Below, piece after piece: positions 45,117-57,508 of a stretch of DNA of 64,000 nt; positions within the stretch are counted from its first letter, which is position 1; each line of letters opens with the position of its first letter. The stretch comes from Pseudonocardiales bacterium (GTDB lineage Bacteria; Actinomycetota; Actinomycetes; Mycobacteriales; Pseudonocardiaceae): contig JAVXWL010000102.1 of assembly GCA_032230565.1 (NCBI GenBank), positions 21,743-85,742 of the forward strand, written 5' to 3'. Position numbers and translations under genes: made by a program. The notes below the pieces were generated by a model, which saw nothing but the letters and a program-made list of their open reading frames with translations, was not told the DNA's origin and ran no database searches.

Positions 45117-45821
45117 TCAGTCGGCGGGGGATACCCGATAGGGCTTTCCGATGATCCACCCTCCGCCTGGAGGGGGGTCAGCATCGAGGTCGACGACATC
45201 GACTCGCTGCCCGACCCGGATCCGGCCGCCGTGGACGACCCAGCAGTTGAGAGCCATCGTTCCGTCGAACTGGCGGTGGATTCTGCGCAGGACGTCCAGG
45301 TCCTGCTCGCCGGTGTCGGGGTCGATCGTGGTGATGATGCAGCGACCGCGGACCGACTGCACACCGATCAGTGTCTCGCCGATCCGCAGTGCCTGACCGG
45401 GCCAGGAACGTTCGGCCAGACCGGGCACGCCGCCCAGCACGATGTTGGGCCGAAGTCGCCGACCGTCCACGCCGAGCGCCTTGATGGCACCGTCGGTGGC
45501 TACAAGCAACGGGAGCACGTCGAAACGCTCGGGTCCGTCATAACTGGCCATCTGCGCCCCCACACCCGCCGCTTCCCGGACGGCCACCGCGGTCGCCGGG
45601 TCGTTCCAGGGGCGGCCGTTGACCAGCGGCTCACCGTCGCGGCCAAGGGTGCCCGCCAGCCCGAGCAGGCGGGGCCGGATGCGAGCGGTGAGCACGCCAC
45701 GGGGTCCGTAGACGTGAGCAAGGCGGTCGCCGGTGACACCGTCATCGGTGAGCACGACGTCGTCGAGCCGCTCACCGCGCATGGACTTGACGGGGTAACG
45801 CCACAGTTCGGTGACCCGCAT
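45117..45821 (-). CDS. MOSC domain protein
   Basis: It shows MRVTELWRYPVKSMRGE at the N-terminus and the conserved Cys in RGRCIITTIDPDTG. Confidence 0.8.
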   Translation of the reverse strand: MRVTELWRYPVKSMRGERLDDVVLTDDGVTGDRLAHVYGPRGVLTARIRPRLLGLAGTLGRDGEPLVNGRPWNDPATAVAVREAAGVGAQMASYDGPERFDVLPLLVATDGAIKALGVDGRRLRPNIVLGGVPGLAERSWPGQALRIGETLIGVQSVRGRCIITTIDPDTGEQDLDVLRRIHRQFDGTMALNCWVVHGGRIRVGQRVDVVDLDADPPPGGGWIIGKPYRVSPAD

Positions 45822-45887
45822 CCGACTCTCCCGCCCAATGGTGGGATCTAACGTATGAATCCGCTTTGTTCAGTTAGATAGTGGCAC

Positions 45888-46532
45888 GTGTTTCTGATGG
45901 TAGCAACCGTGATCTACCATAAGAATGTGCGGACTGATCAGGCCGGAAGACAGCCGGGGGGCGGCTCGCCGCTGCTCGGTGAGCCGCTGGCGATCGAGTT
46001 TGCCAACACCCAGTACGCGGTGCGCGGCACGCTTCGCGAGGGCATCGGCACGCCCGCTCACCTCGCGGCCTGGTTGCGCGAGCACTCCGCGGTACCCGGA
46101 TACGACGTGCGCGTCGACGCGTCCGAGGTGGCGAGATTCCGGGCGTTGCGGGGCGCCATCCGCGGTCTGTGCCAAGCCTGCGTGGACCCGCGCCCGGGCG
46201 ACGACACGGACGTCGAGGTGCTCAACGCCGCCGCCGCTACGGCTCCACGGTGGCCGCAGCTGCACCGCGCCGGTGGCGCCTACGCGGTGTCGGAGCACAC
46301 CCGAGGCGAGGGCGCCGACGCCGCCCTCGCGGCGATTGCCCGCGACGCGATCGCGATTTTCGGCGGACCGTTGAGCCCCCAGATCCGGGCCTGCCACGCG
46401 CCAGGTTGCGTGCTGTTCTTCATCAAGGACCACCCCCGAAGGCAGTGGTGCTCGGTGGGCTGTGGCAATCGAGCCCGAGCTGCGCGCCACTACCAGCGGC
46501 ACCGCCCGGGGCCGGGTCAGCCTGACCGGTAG
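45888..46532 (+). CDS. ABATE + CGNR zinc-finger domain protein
   Basis: The C-terminal motif is RRQWCSVGCGNRARAARHYQRHR. The start is uncertain; the GTG at 45927 is also possible. Confidence 0.75.
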   Translation: MFLMVATVIYHKNVRTDQAGRQPGGGSPLLGEPLAIEFANTQYAVRGTLREGIGTPAHLAAWLREHSAVPGYDVRVDASEVARFRALRGAIRGLCQACVDPRPGDDTDVEVLNAAAATAPRWPQLHRAGGAYAVSEHTRGEGADAALAAIARDAIAIFGGPLSPQIRACHAPGCVLFFIKDHPRRQWCSVGCGNRARAARHYQRHRPGPGQPDR

Positions 46533-46543
46533 CGTCTGCGGCT

Positions 46544-48598
46544 GTGCCCGCCCCCGCCACCACAGTGCCTGAGGTCGGGGCGCTGCTCAGCGCGGCGGTG
46601 CACGCAGTCGGTGGAACCGACCGGCCGCGTCAGACTCAGATGGCCGAGGCGGTGGACCGGGCGATCCGCACCGGCGAGCACCTCGCGGTGCAGGCTGGTA
46701 CCGGCACCGGCAAGTCGCTGGCATACCTGGTGCCGGCGATCCGGCACGCCGTTGCTGCGGGCACCACCGTGGTGGTCTCCACCGCGACCATCGCCCTGCA
46801 GCGCCAGCTCATCGACCGTGACCTGCCCCGGCTGACCGCTGCGCTCGAGCCGCTGCTGGGCAGCGCCCCAACCTTCGCCATCCTCAAGGGTCGGCGCAAC
46901 TATCTGTGCCTGCACCGGTTGCACACCGGGCCGCCCGACGATGGCGAGGACCTCTTCGAGGCCGCCGCGGCGGCCTCTCCCACCTCGATGTTGGGCCGCC
47001 AGATCGTCCGGCTGCATGAATGGTCCTCGGCCACCAGTACCGGAGACCGCGACGAGCTGGTGCCCGGCGTGACCGACCGGGCCTGGCGGCAGGTGTCGGT
47101 CAGCGCCCGGGAGTGCCTGGGCCTGTCCCGTTGCCCGGTCGGCATCGACTGCTTCGCCGAGCAGGCCCGGGCCCGGGCCGGGCGCGCCGAGGTGGTGGTC
47201 ACCAATCATGCGTTGCTCGCGATCGACGCGATGGGTGATCATCAGGTACTGCCCGACCACAACGTCGTGGTCATCGACGAAGCGCACGATCTGGTCGACC
47301 GGGTCACCAGCGCGGCCACCGAGGAGCTCACCGGCTCGATGGTCGAGACCGCGGCGCGCCGGTGCGGGCGCCTGATAGACCAGCAGATCGCCGACGAGCT
47401 GGCCGCCGCCGGTGATGGGCTGGCGTTGCTGCTCGGCGCTGCCGATGCGCAGCGTTGGGACACCCTCGGCGCGGGGATGGCTGGCGGCCTCACCGCAGTG
47501 CGCGACGCGGCGCACCGCTGCATCACCGCCCTGGGAACCGAACGGCGGGAGGATCCCGACGCCGCCGCCCGTCGTCGGCTCGCGCTGACCGCGCTGGAGC
47601 AGGTGCATTCGGCGACCGCTCGGGTGCTGGTCGCATTCCCCGACAGTGAGTCCGACCGGCGAGATGTGGTCTGGTTGGCGGAGGAAACCGTGCGAGGGCG
47701 GGTGCTGAGGGTGGCGCCGTTGGGCGTCGCCGGCTTGCTGCAGCAACGGCTGTTCGCGAAGCGAACCGTGGTACTCACCTCGGCCACCCTCACACTGGGC
47801 GGGACCTTCGACGCGCACGCCTCGCAGTGGGGCCTGCCCCGCCAGCGACCGTCCAACGGATCCTCCGCGGCGCCCGCAGCCGCGGCTGGAACAGCCACCG
47901 AGCGGCCGCCGCCAGCCGACGACGCCACGCCGACCTGGACTGGTTTTGATGCGGGCTCGCCGTTCGAGCACCGCCGCGCCGGAATCCTTTACACTGCCGC
48001 GCACCTGCCGCCACCTGGCCGCGACGGGTTGACGCCGGCATACCTCGACGAGCTCGCCGCGCTGGTCACCGCGGCGGGCGGCCGCACGTTAGGCCTGTTC
48101 TCCTCGATGCGGGCCGCCAAGCAGGCCGCCGAGGCCTTGCGGGCCAAACTGGACCTTCCCATCCTGTGCCAGGGCGACGACGCGACCGGCCTGCTGGTGC
48201 AGCAGTTCGCGGCGGATGAACCGACCTGCCTGTTCGGCACCCTGTCGCTGTGGCAAGGCGTCGACGTCCCCGGCCGGTCGCTGTCTCTGGTGGTGGTCGA
48301 CCGCATTCCATTTCCCCGCCCAGACGACCCGTTGAGCTCAGCCCGGCAACGCGCCGTGGCCGCCCGCGGTGGCAACGGCTTCCTGACGGTGGCGGCGACG
48401 CACGCGGCGCTGCTGCTCGCGCAAGGCGCCGGCCGGTTGTTGCGCTCGACCGAGGACCGTGGCGTGGTAGCGATCCTCGACCCCCGACTGGCCACTGCCC
48501 GCTACGCCGCATTCCTGCGCGCTTCCCTGCCTCCTTTCTGGCCCACCACCGACCCCGCCGTAGCCCGCGCCGCCCTTACCCGTCTCGTCAACACGTAA
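46544..48598 (+). CDS. dinG: ATP-dependent DinG-family (XPD-like) DNA helicase
   Basis: It has Walker A AGTGTGKS, the DEAH box VVIDEAHDL, a Cys cluster (C..C....C...C region) and C-terminal helicase motifs. It neighbours pncB, as in mycobacteria. Confidence 0.85.
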   Translation: MPAPATTVPEVGALLSAAVHAVGGTDRPRQTQMAEAVDRAIRTGEHLAVQAGTGTGKSLAYLVPAIRHAVAAGTTVVVSTATIALQRQLIDRDLPRLTAALEPLLGSAPTFAILKGRRNYLCLHRLHTGPPDDGEDLFEAAAAASPTSMLGRQIVRLHEWSSATSTGDRDELVPGVTDRAWRQVSVSARECLGLSRCPVGIDCFAEQARARAGRAEVVVTNHALLAIDAMGDHQVLPDHNVVVIDEAHDLVDRVTSAATEELTGSMVETAARRCGRLIDQQIADELAAAGDGLALLLGAADAQRWDTLGAGMAGGLTAVRDAAHRCITALGTERREDPDAAARRRLALTALEQVHSATARVLVAFPDSESDRRDVVWLAEETVRGRVLRVAPLGVAGLLQQRLFAKRTVVLTSATLTLGGTFDAHASQWGLPRQRPSNGSSAAPAAAAGTATERPPPADDATPTWTGFDAGSPFEHRRAGILYTAAHLPPPGRDGLTPAYLDELAALVTAAGGRTLGLFSSMRAAKQAAEALRAKLDLPILCQGDDATGLLVQQFAADEPTCLFGTLSLWQGVDVPGRSLSLVVVDRIPFPRPDDPLSSARQRAVAARGGNGFLTVAATHAALLLAQGAGRLLRSTEDRGVVAILDPRLATARYAAFLRASLPPFWPTTDPAVARAALTRLVNT

Positions 48599-48612
48599 CC
48601 CCCCGCGCTGGC

Positions 48613-48638
48613 ATCGCCATTCGGAGCCGAACCGCGGC
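48613..48638. repeat. short palindromic intergenic repeat, copy C
   Basis: The sequence atcgccattcggagccgaaccgcggc lies between convergent dinG and serB. It shares the identical 17-mer with 36518-36534. Confidence 0.6.
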
Positions 48639-48670
48639 CGCCGCGCAGTCCAAGTAGCTCATATTTCCAC

Positions 48671-51729
<3,059 letters not shown>

Positions 51730-51858
51730 CGTGGTCCCCGCGTGATGTTAGCGGCCGCGGCGGACGGCGCTGCTATTGCCTCCTCGCGCTGGACAGACCA
51801 GGCCGTCCGGCCGGGCCGCAGTCGGCGTCGACGATCACGAGAGTGGGTACCCATTACT

Positions 51859-52326
51859 ATGGCTGGTTTATCCATTACATCGATCACTCACCCACTCGGG
51901 ACCGTTGCCGTGGGCCTGCTGGGCGCCGCGGCCATGATGTTCGCCACGATGACGGGAGCCGCGGCCGAAATGAGCGGCGCGCCGTGTTCGGACTCAGCCC
52001 GGGCCTGCGTGGACCTGTCGACCCAGCAGGCATGGCTGATGCGTAACGGCAGCGTCAGCTACGGGCCGGTGCCGGTAGCGACCGGCAAGCCCAGTGCACC
52101 GACCGCCCCCGGCACCTTCCACGTGTTCTGGAAGGATCTGCACCACCACAGCAGTCTGTTCCACAATGCGCCGATGCCGTACTCAGTGTTCTTCAACGGC
52201 GGGGACGCCTTCCACGAGGACAGCGTGACGGTGCCCTCCAACGGCTGTGTACATCTGAGTCAGCAGGCCGCACAGACCTTCTACAACACTCTGCACCTCG
52301 GAGACGTCGTACAGGTCGTCCGCTGA
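51859..52326 (+). CDS. minimal secreted L,D-transpeptidase (YkuD) domain protein, paralog 2
   Basis: It shows FHEDSVTVPSNGCVHL and the same APC..SA.AC and PGTFHVFWKD architecture as 37472-37918. Confidence 0.8.
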   Translation: MAGLSITSITHPLGTVAVGLLGAAAMMFATMTGAAAEMSGAPCSDSARACVDLSTQQAWLMRNGSVSYGPVPVATGKPSAPTAPGTFHVFWKDLHHHSSLFHNAPMPYSVFFNGGDAFHEDSVTVPSNGCVHLSQQAAQTFYNTLHLGDVVQVVR

Positions 52327-52347
52327 TCTGGGCCACGAGGGGGAGCA

Positions 52348-52653
52348 ATGCAGTTCATGGTGCTCGGCTACGACGGCAAAGACGATGACGCCCTCGATCG
52401 GCGCCTCGCCGTTCGCGAACAACACCTCGCCGTGGGGGATCGGCTCGCCGCCGACGGCACACTGCTCTTCGCCGCAGCGATCCTTGACGCCAACGCAACG
52501 ATGACCGGTTCGATGCTGGTTCTCGACTTTCCGTCCCGCGTCGAGCTGGACGCATGGCTCGACGTCGAGCCGTACGTGACCGGTGACGTGTGGCGCCAGA
52601 TCGAAATCTCGCCGGTCAGGGTCGGTCGCTCAGTTATCGGTGCACCCCGGTAG
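52348..52653 (+). CDS. YciI family protein
   Basis: 101 aa, starting MQFMVLGYDGKD and ending DPYV..DVW..IEI. Confidence 0.75.
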   Translation: MQFMVLGYDGKDDDALDRRLAVREQHLAVGDRLAADGTLLFAAAILDANATMTGSMLVLDFPSRVELDAWLDVEPYVTGDVWRQIEISPVRVGRSVIGAPR

Positions 52654-52658
52654 GTGGG

Positions 52659-53642
52659 CTACTTGACAGGTTTCAAAGTGTCTGGCTCGCCGAACATCAC
52701 CACCACGTCGCCCGGCTGCACGACCGTGTCCCGGTTAGGGTTCGGCAACAGCTCGCCACCGGCGCGGCGGATCAGCAGCGCGGTCGCCGAGCCGCAGACC
52801 TGGTCCAGGCTATGCCCGACGAGTTGCGATTCATCGGTGATGAGTAACTCCTCGATTCGCAGCGCTGCGGTGCCGCGCCGCGCGAGATCCAAGAAGTCGA
52901 CGACCTCGGGTCGCAAGGCGATCAGCGCCATCCGCCGGCCGCTGGTGGCATACGGCGAGACCACCCGATCCGCACCCGCCCGGTAAAGCCGGTCCGCCGC
53001 GGCGTCCTCTGAGGCCCTGGCCACGATACTGATGTCGGAATTGAGCGACCGGGCCACCAACGTGATGTAGACGTTCTCCGCGTCCGAGTCCACCGCGCAC
53101 ACCAGCCCGCGCGCGCGGTGAATGCCGGCGGCGCGCAGCAGGGCTTCCGAAGACGAGCTCCCGATCAGGTAGAGCACACCGTCGCGGCGCAGATCCTGCT
53201 CCAGCTCGGGCCGCACCTCGATCACGACGAATGGCACGTTGTCGGCTTCGAACTCTCGAGCCGCAGCCCGGCCCACCCGCCCGTAGGCGCAGATGATGTG
53301 GTGGTCACGCAACTCGGTGATCCGTCGCTGCATCGAGTGCCTCCTCGACCTCTGGGCGAGCTGCCCGTCGACCAGCGCGGTGGCCAGCACCCCGAGAGCG
53401 GCGACGAACACCGACACCCCGAACAGGGACAGGCTCACTGTGAAGATCTTCGCGCCGTCGGACAGCGGCACGGGTGTAGCGAAGCCCTCGGTGGTCAAGG
53501 TCGAGACCGTGAGGTAAATCGCATCGATCAGATTGAAACCGAACAAAAGGTAGCCGACCATGCCGTAAGCGACCAAGACGACCACCGCTGAGGCCAGCAG
53601 CCATGCGCGGCTGGCGAAACCTGCCGTCCCCATGGCGCTCAT
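52659..53642 (-). CDS. 2-TM pore + RCK (TrkA-N/TrkA-C) ligand-gated cation channel with a non-canonical filter
   Basis: It has two TM segments and a pore helix, with filter-position sequence TLTTEGFAT. The Rossmann motif is ICAYGRVGR, followed by a TrkA-C-like C-terminus. Confidence 0.75.
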   Translation of the reverse strand: MSAMGTAGFASRAWLLASAVVVLVAYGMVGYLLFGFNLIDAIYLTVSTLTTEGFATPVPLSDGAKIFTVSLSLFGVSVFVAALGVLATALVDGQLAQRSRRHSMQRRITELRDHHIICAYGRVGRAAAREFEADNVPFVVIEVRPELEQDLRRDGVLYLIGSSSSEALLRAAGIHRARGLVCAVDSDAENVYITLVARSLNSDISIVARASEDAAADRLYRAGADRVVSPYATSGRRMALIALRPEVVDFLDLARRGTAALRIEELLITDESQLVGHSLDQVCGSATALLIRRAGGELLPNPNRDTVVQPGDVVVMFGEPDTLKPVK

Positions 53643-53661
53643 CCAAGCCGACCTTCGCCAG

Positions 53662-53737
53662 TGGTGGAGCTGACGGGATTCGAACCCGTGACCCCCGCAC
53701 TGCCAGTGCGGTGCGCTACCAGCTGCGCTACAGCCCC
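53662..53737 (-). tRNA. tRNA-Ala (anticodon GGC), CCA encoded
   Basis: The reverse complement folds as a cloverleaf: GGGGCTG-TA-GCGC-AGCTGGTA-GCGC-A-CCGCA-CTGGCAG-TGCGG-GGGTC-ACGGG-TTCGAAT-CCCGT-CAGCTCC-ACCA. The G3:U70 alanine identity pair is present. Confidence 0.92.
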
Positions 53738-53817
53738 GAAGCGATCACCACGGCCCCACCGCGGCGCGTTGGCCACGGTACACGAGGCCAGCGGTGATCC
53801 CCGAGCAGGACCCTGGG

Positions 53818-54618
53818 TCAGCGTCGGTTGGCGCTCAGCGCCTGGTCCAACCATCCTTCGTCACTGATGTTGATGATCGCACCGTTGACGACGACGCTCG
53901 GAGTGCCGAACCGGTGATCGGGTCGCAGGCCACTGATGTAGCGACTGGCGTTCGCCGTTGCGGTGGCGACCCGCTGCTGCGCACCGACCTGCACACAACG
54001 CGCGAAGGCGTCGCCGGCTCCGAGGGAGCGACCGAGCTGCTGGAGTTGCGCGATGGTCCATCCGTGACCGCCCTCCGCGGGTTGCGCGGCGAACAGGCTC
54101 TCGTGGAAGCGAGGGAAGATATCAGCTTCGGTGGCGCAGTAGGTCGCACCGGCGGCCAGCGTGGAGTACCCGAGCGGAACCGACATCTCATCGAGGATGG
54201 CCACCGGGTGGTAGACGACCTTGGCTTTACCGTCAGCAGCGGCTTGCGCAAGCCGTTGATGGTAAAGCTTTTCGAACTGCCCACAGATCGGGCACATGAA
54301 GTCTTCGTAGACATCAATGGTCGTCGGCGCCGATGGACCGCCGGTCACGATGGCGTCTCCCTGCTCGGATACCGGATACTGCACCCCGGCAGCGGCGACC
54401 GGAATCGCCATCGGTAAGGCACCCGGCTTGTTACGGTTCTGCAGCCATAGCCCGACCCCCACGACAACGGCTAGCACCACCACGATGGCGATTCCCGCGA
54501 TCATCCCGCGGTTGCCTCCACCGCCTCCTCGGGCCGCCGTCACTGCCTGCGCAGCCTGCCGCTTTCGCTTGTCCTCGGCCCTCTCGGCGCCACCCACGAC
54601 ACGTCCTTTCTTGCTCAA
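53818..54618 (-). CDS. membrane-anchored DsbA/thioredoxin-fold oxidoreductase
   Basis: It has a TM anchor (IAGIAIVVVLAVVVGVGL) and the CxxC active site FMCPICGQFE. The proposed TTG start at 54618 overlaps the upstream stop (TTGA); the GTG at 54594 is also possible. Confidence 0.75.
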   Translation of the reverse strand: MSKKGRVVGGAERAEDKRKRQAAQAVTAARGGGGGNRGMIAGIAIVVVLAVVVGVGLWLQNRNKPGALPMAIPVAAAGVQYPVSEQGDAIVTGGPSAPTTIDVYEDFMCPICGQFEKLYHQRLAQAAADGKAKVVYHPVAILDEMSVPLGYSTLAAGATYCATEADIFPRFHESLFAAQPAEGGHGWTIAQLQQLGRSLGAGDAFARCVQVGAQQRVATATANASRYISGLRPDHRFGTPSVVVNGAIINISDEGWLDQALSANRR

Positions 54619-55127
54619 TTGACTGGATTCCCGGCGGCGCGCCACTGTGCGCCTGGATCCGCTCGCAGCCACCCATCGACGCTCAGCGCTGTCAGCGGCC
54701 GCATCACCAGCCACAACGCCAGCAGCAAGGTGCCGACGTCGCGCGCCAGCTCCTGCGGGTAGCGCGTGTCCCCCTTGGCCACCGCTCCCCCACCGCCGAA
54801 ACATCCGCAATCAATGGACAATCCGCGAGCCCAGGCCTGTGCCACCGCAATCATCAGTACTACCAGCAGTACAGCCGCAGCGAGAGCGACCCACCGGGTG
54901 AATGCACCCACCAATAGCAGGGTTCCCAATACCAGTTCCAGCAACGGCAATGCAGTGGCGACCGGCCCGACCAGGTTCGGCGGCAACAGCTCGTAGGCGC
55001 GCACCGCGATCCGGGTCTGGGCCGGGTCCCCCACCTTGAGCGCTCCGGAGACCAGAAACACCGCGGCGAGCCCCAGTCGCACTACGGTGCCCAGCCCGTC
55101 GACGGCGGAGCGGGGTAGGCGAGCCAC
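54615..55127 (-). CDS. MauE/DoxX-family redox-associated membrane protein
   Basis: 170 aa with 4 TM segments and the SIDCGCFGGG motif. It is paired with the DsbA-like gene, as in the mycobacterial Rv2968c/Rv2969c pair. Confidence 0.75.
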   Translation of the reverse strand: MARLPRSAVDGLGTVVRLGLAAVFLVSGALKVGDPAQTRIAVRAYELLPPNLVGPVATALPLLELVLGTLLLVGAFTRWVALAAAVLLVVLMIAVAQAWARGLSIDCGCFGGGGAVAKGDTRYPQELARDVGTLLLALWLVMRPLTALSVDGWLRADPGAQWRAAGNPVN

Positions 55128-55255
55128 CCGATCAGACTAGCCACTCCCGCACCGACAAGGCGAGGCTGCCCATTGCGAGGCGAGCCTGGGTACCGTCGTG
55201 GGCCGGTGCGCTCCGTACCCTCGCGGCCAGGAACGTCGCTGAGGTGCGGTGATCG

Positions 55256-55969
55256 ATGATGGCTGTCCAGCCGGGTGATGAGATCGGGCACGTCCACCGT
55301 GACGTATCCGGAGGATGGCTTCGACCGGCTGTCTTCGGCGCGATGGACGGCCTGGTGACCAACATCGCATTGATCGCAGGTGTCGGGGGCAGCGGCGCGG
55401 GCGCTCATCTGATCGTGTTGACCGGGATGGCCGGCCTGGTAGCGGGCGCGTTCTCGATGGCGCTCGGCGAATATGCGTCGGTCGAGACCCAGAACGACCA
55501 GGTCCGTGCCGAGGTCAAGGTGGAACGCGAGGAGCTGCGCCGGCATCCGGCCGCGGAGCAGGCCGAGCTGATCAGGTCCTTCGTCCAGATGGGGCTGACC
55601 CGCCACACCGCAAAGCAGGTGGCAGCTGAGGTGCACGCCAACCCGTCGCTGGCAGTCCGCGTGCACATCAACCAGGAACTCGGCGTCAACCCTGACGATC
55701 AGCCGTCCCCCTGGGTCGCCGCCGGCTCGTCGTTCCTCTGCTTCGCAATCGGCGCGCTGGTGCCGCTAATCCCCTACCTGCTGGGCTCTGCCTCGCTGCT
55801 TACGGGTCTTGCTGCTGGCGCGGGTGGGCTGTTCGTGGCCGGGGCCCTGTCATCCCAGTTCACCACCCGCTCGTGGTGGCTCGGCGGGCTGCGTCAGGTG
55901 GGCTTTGGTGCGATCGCCGCTGTCGCCACCTACCTGGTCGGTGCGTTGATCGGGGTTGGCGCGCGCTGA
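55256..55969 (+). CDS. VIT1/CCC1-family iron/manganese transporter
   Basis: It shows VFGAMDGLVTNIALIAGV, a central acidic helix region (EVKVEREELRRHPAAEQAEL) and C-terminal TM segments. Confidence 0.8.
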   Translation: MMAVQPGDEIGHVHRDVSGGWLRPAVFGAMDGLVTNIALIAGVGGSGAGAHLIVLTGMAGLVAGAFSMALGEYASVETQNDQVRAEVKVEREELRRHPAAEQAELIRSFVQMGLTRHTAKQVAAEVHANPSLAVRVHINQELGVNPDDQPSPWVAAGSSFLCFAIGALVPLIPYLLGSASLLTGLAAGAGGLFVAGALSSQFTTRSWWLGGLRQVGFGAIAAVATYLVGALIGVGAR

Positions 55970-57177
55970 GCCCGCCGCGACGCCAGCGGCTCAGGCGAGC
56001 GCAGCCAGACCACCGCAGCGAGCAGCGAGATGCTGCCAGTCAGGATGAAGGCGGCGAGGTAGGACAGCTTGTCGGCGAGCAGTCCGGTCGCGACCGGGCC
56101 GAGGATCGCGCCGATATCGGCGGTCATCTGAGCAACGGCCAATGCCGGGCCGCCCTTGGCATGCGAGCCGATCACGTCAGCCACTGTGGCTCCCTGAGCT
56201 GGCGTGATCAGCCCGGTGCCGGCCCCGGCGATCAGCGCGGCGGCCAGGAACTGAGGCATCCCGCTGGCGAAACCTAGCCAGATCGTCGCGCTACCAGTGA
56301 CCAGCAGCCCGATCACCATCGGTGGTCGGCGCCCGAGGGAATCCGCGAGCTTGCCGGAAAACAGCAATACGGCCACAGTGCCCGCGGCGAACACCGAGAG
56401 CGCGAGACCAGCCAAAGACTCCGCGCGATGGAGCACTTCGACGACGAACAGTGGCACCAGCGAGACCCGCACGCCAGTGACCGCCCAGCCGTTGGCGAAA
56501 TTCGAAGCCAGCGCGGCGCGGTAGGCCGGTTGACCGAATGCTGCCCGTACCGTCAGCACCGGGACGTCCGCGGCCGGCACCACGCCGACCACCGGTGAGC
56601 GCCGCAGGAACAGCCAAGCCACCGCGGCCGCAACGAACAGCGCCACCGCATAGACCACGAATGGGGCGCGCAGCGAGATTCCGATCAGCCCACCGCCGGC
56701 CAACGGGCCGGTGACGCCGCCAAGCAGGAAACTGCTCGACCACATACTGGTGGACCGGCCGCGCAGTGCCGGTGGGGTGAGTCGGATCAACAGCACGACC
56801 GCCGAGACGGTGAACATGGTCGACCCGACACCGCCCAGCGACCGCAATACCAGCAGCTGCCAGTAATTCGCGGCGAACGCACATGCGCCGGTCGACAAAC
56901 CCACTACGGTGATGCCCCAGATGTAAATCGGCCGTTCTCCGAGTGCCGATACCAGCTTGCCACTGATAGGCGCGAACGCCAGCCGCATGAACGCGAAAGA
57001 ACTGATCACGATCGAGGCTGCTGTGACGCTGACATCGAAGCTGCGAGCGAAGGTGGGTAACGCTGGGGCCACGATTCCGAAGCCAAGAGCGATCACGAAA
57101 CTAACCGTGACCAAGACCCACACCTCGCGAGGCAGCCGCGAAGCGGCTGGTGCAGCATTCGTGGACGTCATCTGCAC
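55930..57177 (-). CDS. MFS transporter
   Basis: 415 aa with 12 predicted TM segments and an MFS-like loop (GKLVSALGERP). It has a 40-bp convergent overlap with the VIT gene end. Confidence 0.8.
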   Translation of the reverse strand: MQMTSTNAAPAASRLPREVWVLVTVSFVIALGFGIVAPALPTFARSFDVSVTAASIVISSFAFMRLAFAPISGKLVSALGERPIYIWGITVVGLSTGACAFAANYWQLLVLRSLGGVGSTMFTVSAVVLLIRLTPPALRGRSTSMWSSSFLLGGVTGPLAGGGLIGISLRAPFVVYAVALFVAAAVAWLFLRRSPVVGVVPAADVPVLTVRAAFGQPAYRAALASNFANGWAVTGVRVSLVPLFVVEVLHRAESLAGLALSVFAAGTVAVLLFSGKLADSLGRRPPMVIGLLVTGSATIWLGFASGMPQFLAAALIAGAGTGLITPAQGATVADVIGSHAKGGPALAVAQMTADIGAILGPVATGLLADKLSYLAAFILTGSISLLAAVVWLRSPEPLASRRAQRAPTPINAPTR

Positions 57178-57215
57178 TTCCGCGTTCTCAACACCACCGA
57201 TCCTGGAGCCAATCT

Positions 57216-57480
57216 TTAGGCGACACTGTGCTTAACCACTGGCGCGGTGCGGCGCATTCCCGCTTCCGCCATACGGCGTCGGGGGCGCCCGGCTGTAGTC
57301 CACCGAAGAAGCCGTTGTCCGTGTGTTGATAGCCCAGTTTCCACCGACTCGCAGTGCGCAACCGCATCCCAGCTCACTTCTGACGCGGCGGCTGCCGTGC
57401 CCACAAGTAGATCACCGGCGACGGCTGGTATACAGGCTGCGGCGACGCAGACCGAATAGGGCAGCCAGGAGTCGATGCGC
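57216..57480 (-). pseudogene. decayed resuscitation-promoting-factor (Rpf, lysozyme-like transglycosylase) domain remnant
   Basis: The minus strand reads ..AAACIPAVAGDLLVGTAAAASEVSWDAVAHCES in one frame. It then reads GNWAINT in a second frame and DNGFFGGLQ in a third, and YGGSGNAPHRAS back in the second. That implies at least 3 frameshifts and a truncated C-terminus. Confidence 0.5.
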
Positions 57481-57508
57481 TCCAGTGGGTAATGTCCCGA
57501 CAGCGGAT

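Noticed and set aside
46517-48004. 495-aa minus-strand ORF covering most of the dinG region
   Set aside because: It is antisense to a gene with clear helicase motifs. Its translation is Arg/Gly/Pro-rich low-complexity sequence, typical of shadow ORFs in high-GC DNA, and I see no recognisable motif.
53662-53817. tRNA-Ala as an integration hotspot or genomic-island border
   Set aside because: I saw no integrase, no direct repeat of the tRNA 3' end and no compositional shift on either side. The flanking genes (channel, DsbA/MauE) look native.
55930-55969. 40-bp convergent overlap of the VIT transporter and MFS transporter genes
   Set aside because: This is a plausible simple 3'-end overlap in a compact genome. 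There is no additional signal, and either stop may be genuine.
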